Assembly (NCBI GenBank): GCA_028284675.1
Contig: JANQRI010000005.1
Span: forward strand, 31,997-95,996
DNA: 64,000 bases
Reading direction: 5' to 3'
Source of the DNA: Gammaproteobacteria bacterium
GTDB lineage: Bacteria > Pseudomonadota > Gammaproteobacteria > HTCC5015
The notes under the pieces are model-generated. The model ran no database searches, had not been told where the DNA came from, and was given only the letters and a program-made list of their open reading frames with translations. Of the stretch, positions 18,689 to 26,774 are shown piece after piece. Numbering within the stretch: position 1 is the stretch's first letter; every line of letters starts with the position of its first letter. The position numbers were made by a program, and so were the translations under genes.

Positions 18689-20698
18689 TTGAGCAGGCAA
18701 ATGGTTTTTGGGATACGTTTTCCAATCGCATTGACTCTCGGCATAGTGCTGTTTGCCGGGCATTCGGGAGTTTCTGCAAAACAGGACCCGTCCGAACTCA
18801 ATGATCTCTATTATGGTGAAGCACTTTTTTATGCATTACAGGAAAACCACTTCGATGCGATAACCCGGCTGGATGCTGAGTTGATTCAGCATTACGCACT
18901 GGATGAGCCCGAACTGGACAGCCTGGTTAGCCACCGTAGTGATGCTGAATTTGGTGTTGGTGATTTGGAGCTGAATTACCGTATGCACCAAAAAGCCGGT
19001 CGTGCGATAGAAAGAGTCCTGGATGCCAAGCATGTTCCCCAGATTATTCGTAATGAAGCGGCTTACCGGTTGGCCCGTATATATTTTGAAAAAGGTTATT
19101 ATGTAAACGCATTACATGCATTGCAGTTGATCCAGGGGCCGGTGCCGGAACGTATTAAAGATGAGGTGGTATTGCTGCGTGGCCAGGTGGAGATGACCCA
19201 AAGAAACTATGATACTGCGGTTAAGTTGTTTCAGTCAGTCAAAGGGTCTAAAAGCGTTTTTGGTTATGCGCAGTTTAATTTGGGAGTTGCGCTGATTAGA
19301 GCTGATAAATTCAAAAAAGGCGCTGCACAGCTGGATCAGGTTGGCTTGTTTCAGGATGGTCGCCGGGAAATGATAGCGTTACGCGACAAAGCGAACCTGG
19401 TATTAGGCAACAGACTGCTTGAAGATGGTAAACCCCTGCAGGCCAGACAGTATTTTGAACGCGTGCGCCTGGAGGGGCCGTTTTCCAATAAAGCTTTACT
19501 GTGGGCCGGTTGGGCGAATGCCGCACAACTGGACTTCAGAAGTGCTTTGGTTCCCTGGACTTTATTACATGAGCGCGATCCCACTGATGCGGCGGTTCAG
19601 GAAGCATTGCTTGCTGTCCCGTATGCGTATGCCCAGCTGGAGACTTTCGGGCAGGCAGCTTTATTGTATGGTAAAGCTGTTACTGAGTTTGATAAAGAGA
19701 TAGACCGTCTGGATTCATCAATGCGAAGCATACTTGAGGGTAAACTGCGGGTGGCTTTATTGAAAGATCCGCAGGAGCGTAATTCAACATTTATTCAGAA
19801 TTTACGCAGTCTCGAGGATGCCCCGGAGACACGCTATCTTCTGGAGCTGATGGCGAGCCATGATTTTCAGGAATCGGTCAAAAATTATCGTGATATGGAG
19901 CATTTGCGCCTTAACCTGCTCCAATGGCTGGCCAATATTGAAGCATATAATGATCTGATTAAGATTCGCCGAAATTATTATGAGCCGCTGTTGCCCGGAA
20001 TCGAACAGGAATTCAAAACCCAGGATGCATTAATGAGTTCGGTATTGTTGCGTCGCGATGAAGCTGAGCGCCAATTGGACACTGCGCAGCGTCAACGTGA
20101 TATCAATGCGTTTATGACACAGTCTGAGCTGGTCGTCAGTGGCCGGCTTGCACGACTTGAATACCGGCTTTCAAGATTGTCACCGCAGCCGGGGCTTAAG
20201 CAGGCGAAAGCACGTCTGGCCCGCTTGCAGGGCGTATTGGATTGGCAGGTGGAAACCGGTTATGACAGTCGTCTCGCGGTTACTCATGAGCATCTGAAAG
20301 AGCTGGATAAATCCCTGGAGGCGCTTCGTGTGCAGCATCAATTGGTTGTGCGTCTCAAGCGCGAAGCTTATCAGAGTTATGAAGGTTACAAAGTACCGTT
20401 TCGGCGTGCGACCACCCGTTTACGCACATTAAACAATCGTATTAAAGCGATTATGGTGCAGCAGGCAGCTTATCTGGAAAAAGTTGCAGTAAAAGAGCTG
20501 GATCGGCGCCGCCGTAAACTGGCTGATTACCGTGTTAAAGCGCGATTTGCGTTGGCAGAGAGCTATGACCGTGCCACCAAGAAAAAAGCCGAAGAAGCCG
20601 AGCGGGCTATTCGTGAACAACAAAATCAAATTCAGGAAATTCAGGTTGAAGACGAACCGGCAATCACTACAGAAGAAGCAGAGGCCGGCGCTTCATGA
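18689..20698 (+). CDS. Secreted TPR-like plus long coiled-coil protein
   Basis: 669-aa ORF (TTG 18689, alternative ATG 18701) with signal peptide ...LFAGHSGVSA. The N-terminal half has helical-hairpin TPR-like units (e.g. AAYRLARIYFEKGYYVNALHALQ). The C-terminal half is heptad-rich with an acidic tail. Confidence 0.75.
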   Translation: MSRQMVFGIRFPIALTLGIVLFAGHSGVSAKQDPSELNDLYYGEALFYALQENHFDAITRLDAELIQHYALDEPELDSLVSHRSDAEFGVGDLELNYRMHQKAGRAIERVLDAKHVPQIIRNEAAYRLARIYFEKGYYVNALHALQLIQGPVPERIKDEVVLLRGQVEMTQRNYDTAVKLFQSVKGSKSVFGYAQFNLGVALIRADKFKKGAAQLDQVGLFQDGRREMIALRDKANLVLGNRLLEDGKPLQARQYFERVRLEGPFSNKALLWAGWANAAQLDFRSALVPWTLLHERDPTDAAVQEALLAVPYAYAQLETFGQAALLYGKAVTEFDKEIDRLDSSMRSILEGKLRVALLKDPQERNSTFIQNLRSLEDAPETRYLLELMASHDFQESVKNYRDMEHLRLNLLQWLANIEAYNDLIKIRRNYYEPLLPGIEQEFKTQDALMSSVLLRRDEAERQLDTAQRQRDINAFMTQSELVVSGRLARLEYRLSRLSPQPGLKQAKARLARLQGVLDWQVETGYDSRLAVTHEHLKELDKSLEALRVQHQLVVRLKREAYQSYEGYKVPFRRATTRLRTLNNRIKAIMVQQAAYLEKVAVKELDRRRRKLADYRVKARFALAESYDRATKKKAEEAERAIREQQNQIQEIQVEDEPAITTEEAEAGAS

Positions 20699-23600
20699 TG
20701 CGGTATCCATACCATACGATAACCCTGGTGCTGCTGACAGTTGCATTATCTTCCTGTGGTGGTGGCGTTCGGCACAAAGACAGTATTGGCAGTCTGAATA
20801 AAAAGGTTATCAAAGTCGAAGAACCGCTGATTGAAGACTCGCTGGAAAAAGCGATGCAGGCCTATCGTAAATTCCTGACTGAGACTGACGAAACGGAAAT
20901 GACTCCTGAGGCTATGCGTCGCCTGGCTGATTTGCAGCTGGAGGCAAGCTCCGGCTCGTATGATTTTGTAAAACCTCCTGAGACTGTTAAAAAGCCTGTT
21001 CAGGAAAAACAAAAAGCTGTTGCCAAAAAACCAGTGCAGCAGGCGCCGGTTCGTCCCAGTGGCGCAACAGTTAAACAGGAGTCGATTGACCCTTCACAAT
21101 TTGGGAAATCAAAAGTTGAGTCGCCAATCCTGGAGGAGCGGGCCGATGGTACACAGGTTGCGAAAAAAGGCATTACAGCAAATCCGGAAATTAAGTCCTT
21201 AAGCGACGAGTTTAATATTGGTCCTCGCAGTGTTGAAATATTATTCTCGCTGGAGTACGAAAAAAATTCAGCCGCAATTGAATCCGAAGGTGATTTTGAA
21301 AAACGTGCTACCGGTATTTCCAAACCGGCAGCCGCACAAACAATCGCATCACTGCCGGAAGAAGCCGCTGCTGAGCAACAGCAACAAGCTGTGATTGCAA
21401 ATGCAGAAGAGGCGATTGCGCTTTATAAAAAATTATTGGACAAGTATCCACTTTACGAACGTAATGACCAGGTGATGTATCAGTTGGCCCGTGCATATGA
21501 GGAAAGCACCAGGCAGGAAGAGGCAAAAGCGGTGCTGGATAAGCTGGTTAAAAAATATCCGACATCTGTTCATTATGATGAAGCTCAGTTCAGGCGCGGT
21601 GAAATATTTTTTGTGCGCCGTAAGTATTTTGATTCGGAAAAAGCGTATACCCATGTCGTCAATTATGGTCCGAGTTCCGCATTCTATGATCAGTCTTTAT
21701 TTAAGCGCGGTTGGTCATTTTTCAAACAAAGTCTCTATGAAGAAGGTCTGGATGATTTTGTTAAATTATTGGATATCAAAACGGCAGCTGGCTATCACAT
21801 CAAAACTGAGACAAACAAAACTGAGTATCAACGGGTCGATGATACTTTTCGGGTGGTTAGTTTAAGTTTTTCTTATTTGGGTGGTCCCTCTTATATTAAC
21901 GATTATTTTAGCCGGCGTGGGCACCGCGATTATGAGTATCTGGTCTACAGTTATCTGGGAGAGCATTATCTGATCAAACGTCGCTATCAGGATGCGGCGG
22001 ATGCATACAATACATTTATTTCACTTAACCCCTATCATGAAAAATCGCCAAGCTTTCATATTCATACTATCGAGATTTACCGTAAGGGCCAGTTTCCCAA
22101 GCTGGTTATCGATGCTAAAAGGGAATTTGCGATCACCTATGATTTAAACGGAGCTTACTGGACTTATCATGATATTAATCAGTTTCAGGGAATCCTTGCA
22201 TTTATAAAAACCAATCTGACGGATTTGGCCAAGCATTATCATGCTTTGTCACAACGTTCTAAAAAGCGTGACAAACGCCGTGAGGCATATCTGGAAGCCG
22301 CGCGCTGGTATCGCAGTTTTCTGGCTTCGTTTCCGGAAGATAAGCAGGCACCTGAGTTGAATTTTTTACTGGCTGAGCTTTTATTTGATAACAAAGAGTA
22401 TAAGCAGGCTGCCGAGGAATATGAGCGAACTGCCTATGCGTATCCGGTTCACCCCAAATCGGCCGAATCAGGTTATGCGGCGATTTTGTCTTTTCGCGAA
22501 TATAAAAAACAGGCGCCGGAACATTTAAAAGCGCAAATTCATTTGGAGGCAATACGAAGCTCCCTGCAGTTTGCTGATACGTATCCGGCGCATCCGCAGG
22601 CAGCTGATGTATTGACCAGTGCTGCTGAAAGCCTGTATGCGCTTAAAGAGTATGACCGGGCTATTATGGCGGCGCAAAAAGTATTGGAGCGGCATGCGAA
22701 GGCGGACCCGAAGTTAATAAGCGCTTCCTGGATTGTTGTGGCGCATTCAAAGTTTGATTTGCAAAACTTTCCCGACGCGGAGCAGGCATATCAGCAGGTT
22801 TTAAAATTATTACCGAAAAAAGACAAGCGTAAAACAGCGTTGACCGACAAGCTGGCCGCATCCATATATAAACAGGGTGAACAGCATAAAGATCTGGGAG
22901 AATTGGATCTGGCTGTTGAGGATTTCTTGCGTATCGCGAATGTTGCGCCACGTTCCAAGATTCGCCAGACGGCTGAGTTTGATGCGGCAACCGCATTGAT
23001 TACCTTAAAGGACTGGGATCGTGGCGCTAAGGTTTTGGAAGCATTTCGAAAAAACTATCCGAAAAACCCGCTGCAATATGATGTGACTACCAAACTGGCA
23101 TTTGTTTATCAGGAAAGCGGTCAGGCCGGTGCAGCGGCACGTGAATATCAGCGCATCGCGGATGACAGTAAGGATACCGCAGTCAAGCAGGAAGCACTGC
23201 AGAAAGCTGCCGAGCTTTATACCCAGGCTGAACAGTACCCTGCGGCCATTTCAATGCATAAACGTTTTATCAAAAGGTATGCCGATCCGGTTGAGCCGGC
23301 GTTGGAAGCAAGACAGCAACTGGCTGAGCTGTATAAAAAGATCGGCCAGCAAAAACAATATACAAAGACCCTGAAAGAAATTGTCGCGGTTGATAAAAAA
23401 GCAGGTAAGCAACGCAATGAGCGCACCCGCTTTCTGGCGGCAAATGCGGCTTTGGTGCTGGCCGAGCCTGTATTGAAGGTATTTAAAGATGCTCCTTTGG
23501 GACCGCCGTTTAAAAAGACCCTTGCAGCGAAGAAAAAGAAGATGCAGCGGGCACTAAACTTATACGGGGATCTGGCCGATTACAACGTGGCGGAGGTCAC

Positions 23601-23901
23601 CGCTGCGGCAACATTCCAGATTGCCAATATATATTATGAATTCAGTACAGATCTATTGGAGTCAGAACGGCCCAAAAAGCTATCCGCTGAAGAACTGGAA
23701 CAGTACGATTTATTACTTGAAGAGCAGGCTTATCCATTTGAAGAGAAAGCCATCGAAGTTCATGAAAAGAATGTCGAGTTGCTGTCTCTGGGTGTATACA
23801 ACCGGTGGATAGCAAAAAGTTTGGAAAGCCTCGGGCGTTTATTGCCGGTGCGTTATGCAAAACAAGAGCAAGGTGAAAAATTTGTTCTCTCTATTTATTA
23901 A
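20695..23901 (+). CDS. Large TPR-repeat lipoprotein (GltD/NfsD-like by architecture)
   Basis: 1,068-aa ORF with an ATGA overlap with the upstream gene. The lipobox is LSSC (Cys codon 20755-20757). It has a Lys/Pro/Gln-rich linker, then many YbgF/BamD-like TPR hairpins (e.g. QVMYQLARAYEESTRQEEAKAVLDKLVKKYP). Confidence 0.75.
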   Translation: MMRYPYHTITLVLLTVALSSCGGGVRHKDSIGSLNKKVIKVEEPLIEDSLEKAMQAYRKFLTETDETEMTPEAMRRLADLQLEASSGSYDFVKPPETVKKPVQEKQKAVAKKPVQQAPVRPSGATVKQESIDPSQFGKSKVESPILEERADGTQVAKKGITANPEIKSLSDEFNIGPRSVEILFSLEYEKNSAAIESEGDFEKRATGISKPAAAQTIASLPEEAAAEQQQQAVIANAEEAIALYKKLLDKYPLYERNDQVMYQLARAYEESTRQEEAKAVLDKLVKKYPTSVHYDEAQFRRGEIFFVRRKYFDSEKAYTHVVNYGPSSAFYDQSLFKRGWSFFKQSLYEEGLDDFVKLLDIKTAAGYHIKTETNKTEYQRVDDTFRVVSLSFSYLGGPSYINDYFSRRGHRDYEYLVYSYLGEHYLIKRRYQDAADAYNTFISLNPYHEKSPSFHIHTIEIYRKGQFPKLVIDAKREFAITYDLNGAYWTYHDINQFQGILAFIKTNLTDLAKHYHALSQRSKKRDKRREAYLEAARWYRSFLASFPEDKQAPELNFLLAELLFDNKEYKQAAEEYERTAYAYPVHPKSAESGYAAILSFREYKKQAPEHLKAQIHLEAIRSSLQFADTYPAHPQAADVLTSAAESLYALKEYDRAIMAAQKVLERHAKADPKLISASWIVVAHSKFDLQNFPDAEQAYQQVLKLLPKKDKRKTALTDKLAASIYKQGEQHKDLGELDLAVEDFLRIANVAPRSKIRQTAEFDAATALITLKDWDRGAKVLEAFRKNYPKNPLQYDVTTKLAFVYQESGQAGAAAREYQRIADDSKDTAVKQEALQKAAELYTQAEQYPAAISMHKRFIKRYADPVEPALEARQQLAELYKKIGQQKQYTKTLKEIVAVDKKAGKQRNERTRFLAANAALVLAEPVLKVFKDAPLGPPFKKTLAAKKKKMQRALNLYGDLADYNVAEVTAAATFQIANIYYEFSTDLLESERPKKLSAEELEQYDLLLEEQAYPFEEKAIEVHEKNVELLSLGVYNRWIAKSLESLGRLLPVRYAKQEQGEKFVLSIY

Positions 23902-24550
23902 TGGAAAACCCTGGTTGTTTTTTGGGTTGTTGATGATCCTCGTTGGCTGTGTAGGGGGCAATACCAGCGTAAAGTACCGCGGTAGTGAAGCCCGGTCGCC
24001 GGTCGCGATTAGTGCCGCGTTGCAAAACGATTTTAAAAAAGCACTTGCACTGATGAAAAAGGAGAAGTACGAGGATGCGATCCCGCTTCTTGAGGCTATT
24101 TTGGCAAAAAATGATCAACTTCCGGGTACGCATATTAATCTGGCCATTGCGTATATGAATGTGGTAACTGACGATGATAAGGAAAACTTAAGCAAAGCGG
24201 AGCGTTCCCTGTTACGTGCTGTTGAAGTAAACCCCAAAGATGCTGTTGCACATCACCAGCTCGGTTTACTGTATCGCAAAACCGGGCGTTTTAAAGAGGC
24301 CCAGACAGCATATCAACGCGCACTTTCGCTCAAGCCGGACTATGCTAAAGCGCATCTGAATCTTGGCATTTTATGCGATATTTATTTACAGGAGTTTGAG
24401 TGCGCGATTAAGCATTTTGAGCAATACAGCGGTATGGCAGGAGAAGATCGTGAAACAGTTTCATTATGGCTTTCGGATTTGCGACGGCGGGCCGGTATTC
24501 CTGAGCCGCCGCAACAAGAGCAGGCTGCTGTCAGTGAGGTGAGTCCATGA
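23855..24550 (+). CDS. Small TPR lipoprotein (GltE/NfsE-like by position)
   Basis: 231-aa ORF with lipobox ILVGC (Cys codon about 23948). It has canonical TPRs (AHHQLGLLYRKTGRFKEAQTAYQRALSLKPDYAKAHLNLG). The start is uncertain: ATG 23855 overlaps the upstream gene by 47 nt, and GTG 23873 is an alternative. Confidence 0.75.
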   Translation: MQNKSKVKNLFSLFINGKPWLFFGLLMILVGCVGGNTSVKYRGSEARSPVAISAALQNDFKKALALMKKEKYEDAIPLLEAILAKNDQLPGTHINLAIAYMNVVTDDDKENLSKAERSLLRAVEVNPKDAVAHHQLGLLYRKTGRFKEAQTAYQRALSLKPDYAKAHLNLGILCDIYLQEFECAIKHFEQYSGMAGEDRETVSLWLSDLRRRAGIPEPPQQEQAAVSEVSP

Positions 24551-24825
24551 GAATAATTTCAATTGTGCTATTCATGTGTATCGGGCTAAACAGTGCGGTG
24601 CATGCACAGGCTCAACCGGAAGGTGAAACAGTCGATATGAGTGGCATTTCAATTATTGGTAACAGAGAACTGCCCAAAACCCTGTTTATTGTGCCGTGGA
24701 AGAATTCCGAGGTGGGTATCGAGAGTGAGCTGACAAACACACTTGATGCGGGTATGCGGCCTGTTGATCGTAAAGAGTTTGTGCGCGAGCTGGATTATTA
24801 TGATTTTAGCCGCAATCTGCAGTAG
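24547..24825 (+). CDS. Small secreted protein of unknown function (GltF-like only by size and position)
   Basis: 92-aa ORF with an ATGA overlap with the upstream gene and signal peptide MRIISIVLFMCIGLNSAVHA. No recognisable domain. Confidence 0.6.
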   Translation: MRIISIVLFMCIGLNSAVHAQAQPEGETVDMSGISIIGNRELPKTLFIVPWKNSEVGIESELTNTLDAGMRPVDRKEFVRELDYYDFSRNLQ

Positions 24826-24997
24826 ACCTGGGGTTTGTGCATATACCTTGAATGAGCCTGTATAAAAGAGCTTTCCGGGTAGAGCTTGCTGAATCAGTGC
24901 AGGTTGCGGGATTTGCTGCTGTAAACAGAAGAATAAGCTTAAAAATTTGTGTTGGTTCAATACTTTGGGCTAAAGTGCTCCAAATTATCTAAGGTTT

Positions 24998-25006
24998 TGA
25001 TAGTAT
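24998..25006 (+). promoter_or_regulatory. Candidate extended -10 promoter element upstream of exbB-like gene
   Basis: TG-A-TAGTAT (TGnTATAAT-like) lies 30 nt upstream of the ATG at 25036, inside a 210-bp non-coding gap. The -35 is weak (TCCAAA). Confidence 0.25.
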
Positions 25007-25035
25007 ACAGCTGATTTTGCGAAGAGGGTGTCGGT

Positions 25036-25689
25036 ATGTCTGATTTTTTATATGCAATTCCCCGGTTTTTTCAAACGGGCGGACCATTCATGTATCCGAT
25101 TCTTATCGTGTTTGGTTTCGGGCTGGCGATCGCGATTGAGCGCTGGATAAAGCTGAATAGTGCCAGGCGTCGCAACAGGAAAACATGGGACGAAATCCAG
25201 CCAGTTTTACAGGAAGGTGATTTTGATCAGGCGCGGGAGATGACCTCGGGCTCCGAAACCGAGTTGGGCATGGTATTAAGCTTGGGTTTAAGCCGTCAGG
25301 GTGCGGTGCGCCGACGCGATGATATCGAGATCGCGATGGAAGAGGGCATGATGGAAATTATCCCGCAACTGGAGAAGCGCACACATTATTTGGCATTGTT
25401 TTCAAATATGTCCACACTGTTGGGATTATTGGGAACAATTATGGGCCTGATTGCAGCGTTTACCGCGGTGGCAAATGCGAATCCGGCTGAAAAGGCGGAT
25501 TTGCTCTCGGCCAGTATCTCGGTTGCAATGAATACGACCGCATTCGGTTTGATGGCAGGTATTCCATTGCTGTTATTGCATGCGGTATTAACCACCAAGA
25601 CCAGTGAGATTGTGGATAGTCTGGAAATGGCTCAGGTTAAAACCCTGAACATCATTACCGAGTTTGCCAAGCAAGAAGCGCGTAGCTGA
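25036..25689 (+). CDS. MotA/TolQ/ExbB-family proton channel subunit
   Basis: 217-aa ORF with three TM segments. The C-terminal region LFSNMSTLLGLLGTIMGLIAAF ... SVAMNTTAFGLMAGIPLLLLH is typical of ExbB/TolQ. Confidence 0.9.
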   Translation: MSDFLYAIPRFFQTGGPFMYPILIVFGFGLAIAIERWIKLNSARRRNRKTWDEIQPVLQEGDFDQAREMTSGSETELGMVLSLGLSRQGAVRRRDDIEIAMEEGMMEIIPQLEKRTHYLALFSNMSTLLGLLGTIMGLIAAFTAVANANPAEKADLLSASISVAMNTTAFGLMAGIPLLLLHAVLTTKTSEIVDSLEMAQVKTLNIITEFAKQEARS

Positions 25690-26228
25690 TGTCCAGACGA
25701 CGTCGTTTCCGCTCCGACAATAAAGCGCCGGGCGAGCTTGATATCACCTCATTTTTGAATTTGATGGTGGTATTAGTGCCGTTTTTGCTGATTACTGCGG
25801 TATTTTCAAGAATCACGATTTTGCAGTTAAATCTCCCCAGTGGGGAAGGTGCCCAACAGGCGGACGATAAAAAAATCACAATTGAAGTTATTATACGCCG
25901 GGATCGAATCGACCTTGGTGATGGGCGCCAGATCGTAACCCGTTTCCCAAATACCGAAACCGGTGAATACGATATCGTGTCACTGTCCGCGACTCTGCGT
26001 GAAATAAAAAATAATTTTCCAGCAAAGCTCGATGCCATTGTGTTGATGGAGCCTGATCTTGAATATGAGTTTTTGGTCAAGGTTATGGATGCTGTCAGCG
26101 GTGCCGAAGTACTGGAGGAAGACGGTACGACCACCAAAATCGAGTTGTTTCCACAAATTTCTGTCGGTGATGCGCCCGGAGTTAAAACTTCGGGCGTATT
26201 TTTGCAGATCAAAGGTGCCTATACATGA
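25689..26228 (+). CDS. ExbD/TolR-family protein, paralogue 1 (Asn at the canonical TM Asp position)
   Basis: 179-aa ORF with a TGATG overlap with exbB. The N-terminal TM is ELDITSFLNLMVVLVPFLLI, followed by a periplasmic domain. Confidence 0.85.
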   Translation: MSRRRRFRSDNKAPGELDITSFLNLMVVLVPFLLITAVFSRITILQLNLPSGEGAQQADDKKITIEVIIRRDRIDLGDGRQIVTRFPNTETGEYDIVSLSATLREIKNNFPAKLDAIVLMEPDLEYEFLVKVMDAVSGAEVLEEDGTTTKIELFPQISVGDAPGVKTSGVFLQIKGAYT

Positions 26229-26728
26229 AAGATTCACGCCGCATCAAGCGCATGAGCCGTGGGAAGGGCAAGAAAAAAGTGCCCAGCATGAACCTGGTAT
26301 CGCTGATGGACGTGTTTACCATCCTGGTATTCTTTTTGTTGGTGAACTCTTCCACGACTGAGGAGCTGAGTGATCCTAAGTCGATAGAATTACCTGAGTC
26401 CGTGTCAGAGAGTAAACCGGAGCAGACAATTGTATTGATGGTCACACCGACCAATATATTGATCAGAGGCGAAAGCATCGCGGTTGTTGAAGATATACTG
26501 GCGCAAAAGGAACTGGTAGTGAATTCAATCAGGGCCGCGCTGATAGAAGAAGCGGAGCGTAATCAAAGTCTGAGCACGCAAAGCCAGCAAAAACGGAAAG
26601 AAATCACAATCATGGGTGACCGGCAAATACCGTTTAAGTTACTCAAAAAGGTGATGGCCAGTTGTACTTCGGCCGGTTTTGAAAAAATTTCTTTGGCGGT
26701 GGTGCAGAAGGCATCGCAGGCAAGCTAA
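26225..26728 (+). CDS. ExbD/TolR-family protein, paralogue 2 (canonical TM Asp retained)
   Basis: 167-aa ORF with an ATGA overlap. The TM segment is MNLVSLMDVFTILVFFLLV, with Asp29 at codon 26309-26311. Confidence 0.85.
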   Translation: MKDSRRIKRMSRGKGKKKVPSMNLVSLMDVFTILVFFLLVNSSTTEELSDPKSIELPESVSESKPEQTIVLMVTPTNILIRGESIAVVEDILAQKELVVNSIRAALIEEAERNQSLSTQSQQKRKEITIMGDRQIPFKLLKKVMASCTSAGFEKISLAVVQKASQAS

Positions 26729-26774
26729 GGTCTGTTGACATTAATGGCATGTATCTGCCGATTGCATAGAGACA

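Noticed and set aside
25655-26212. 185-aa minus-strand ORF opposite the first exbD-like gene.
   Set aside because: It is antisense to a gene with a clear ExbD/TolR TM and periplasmic domain, and it is Ser-rich and low-complexity.
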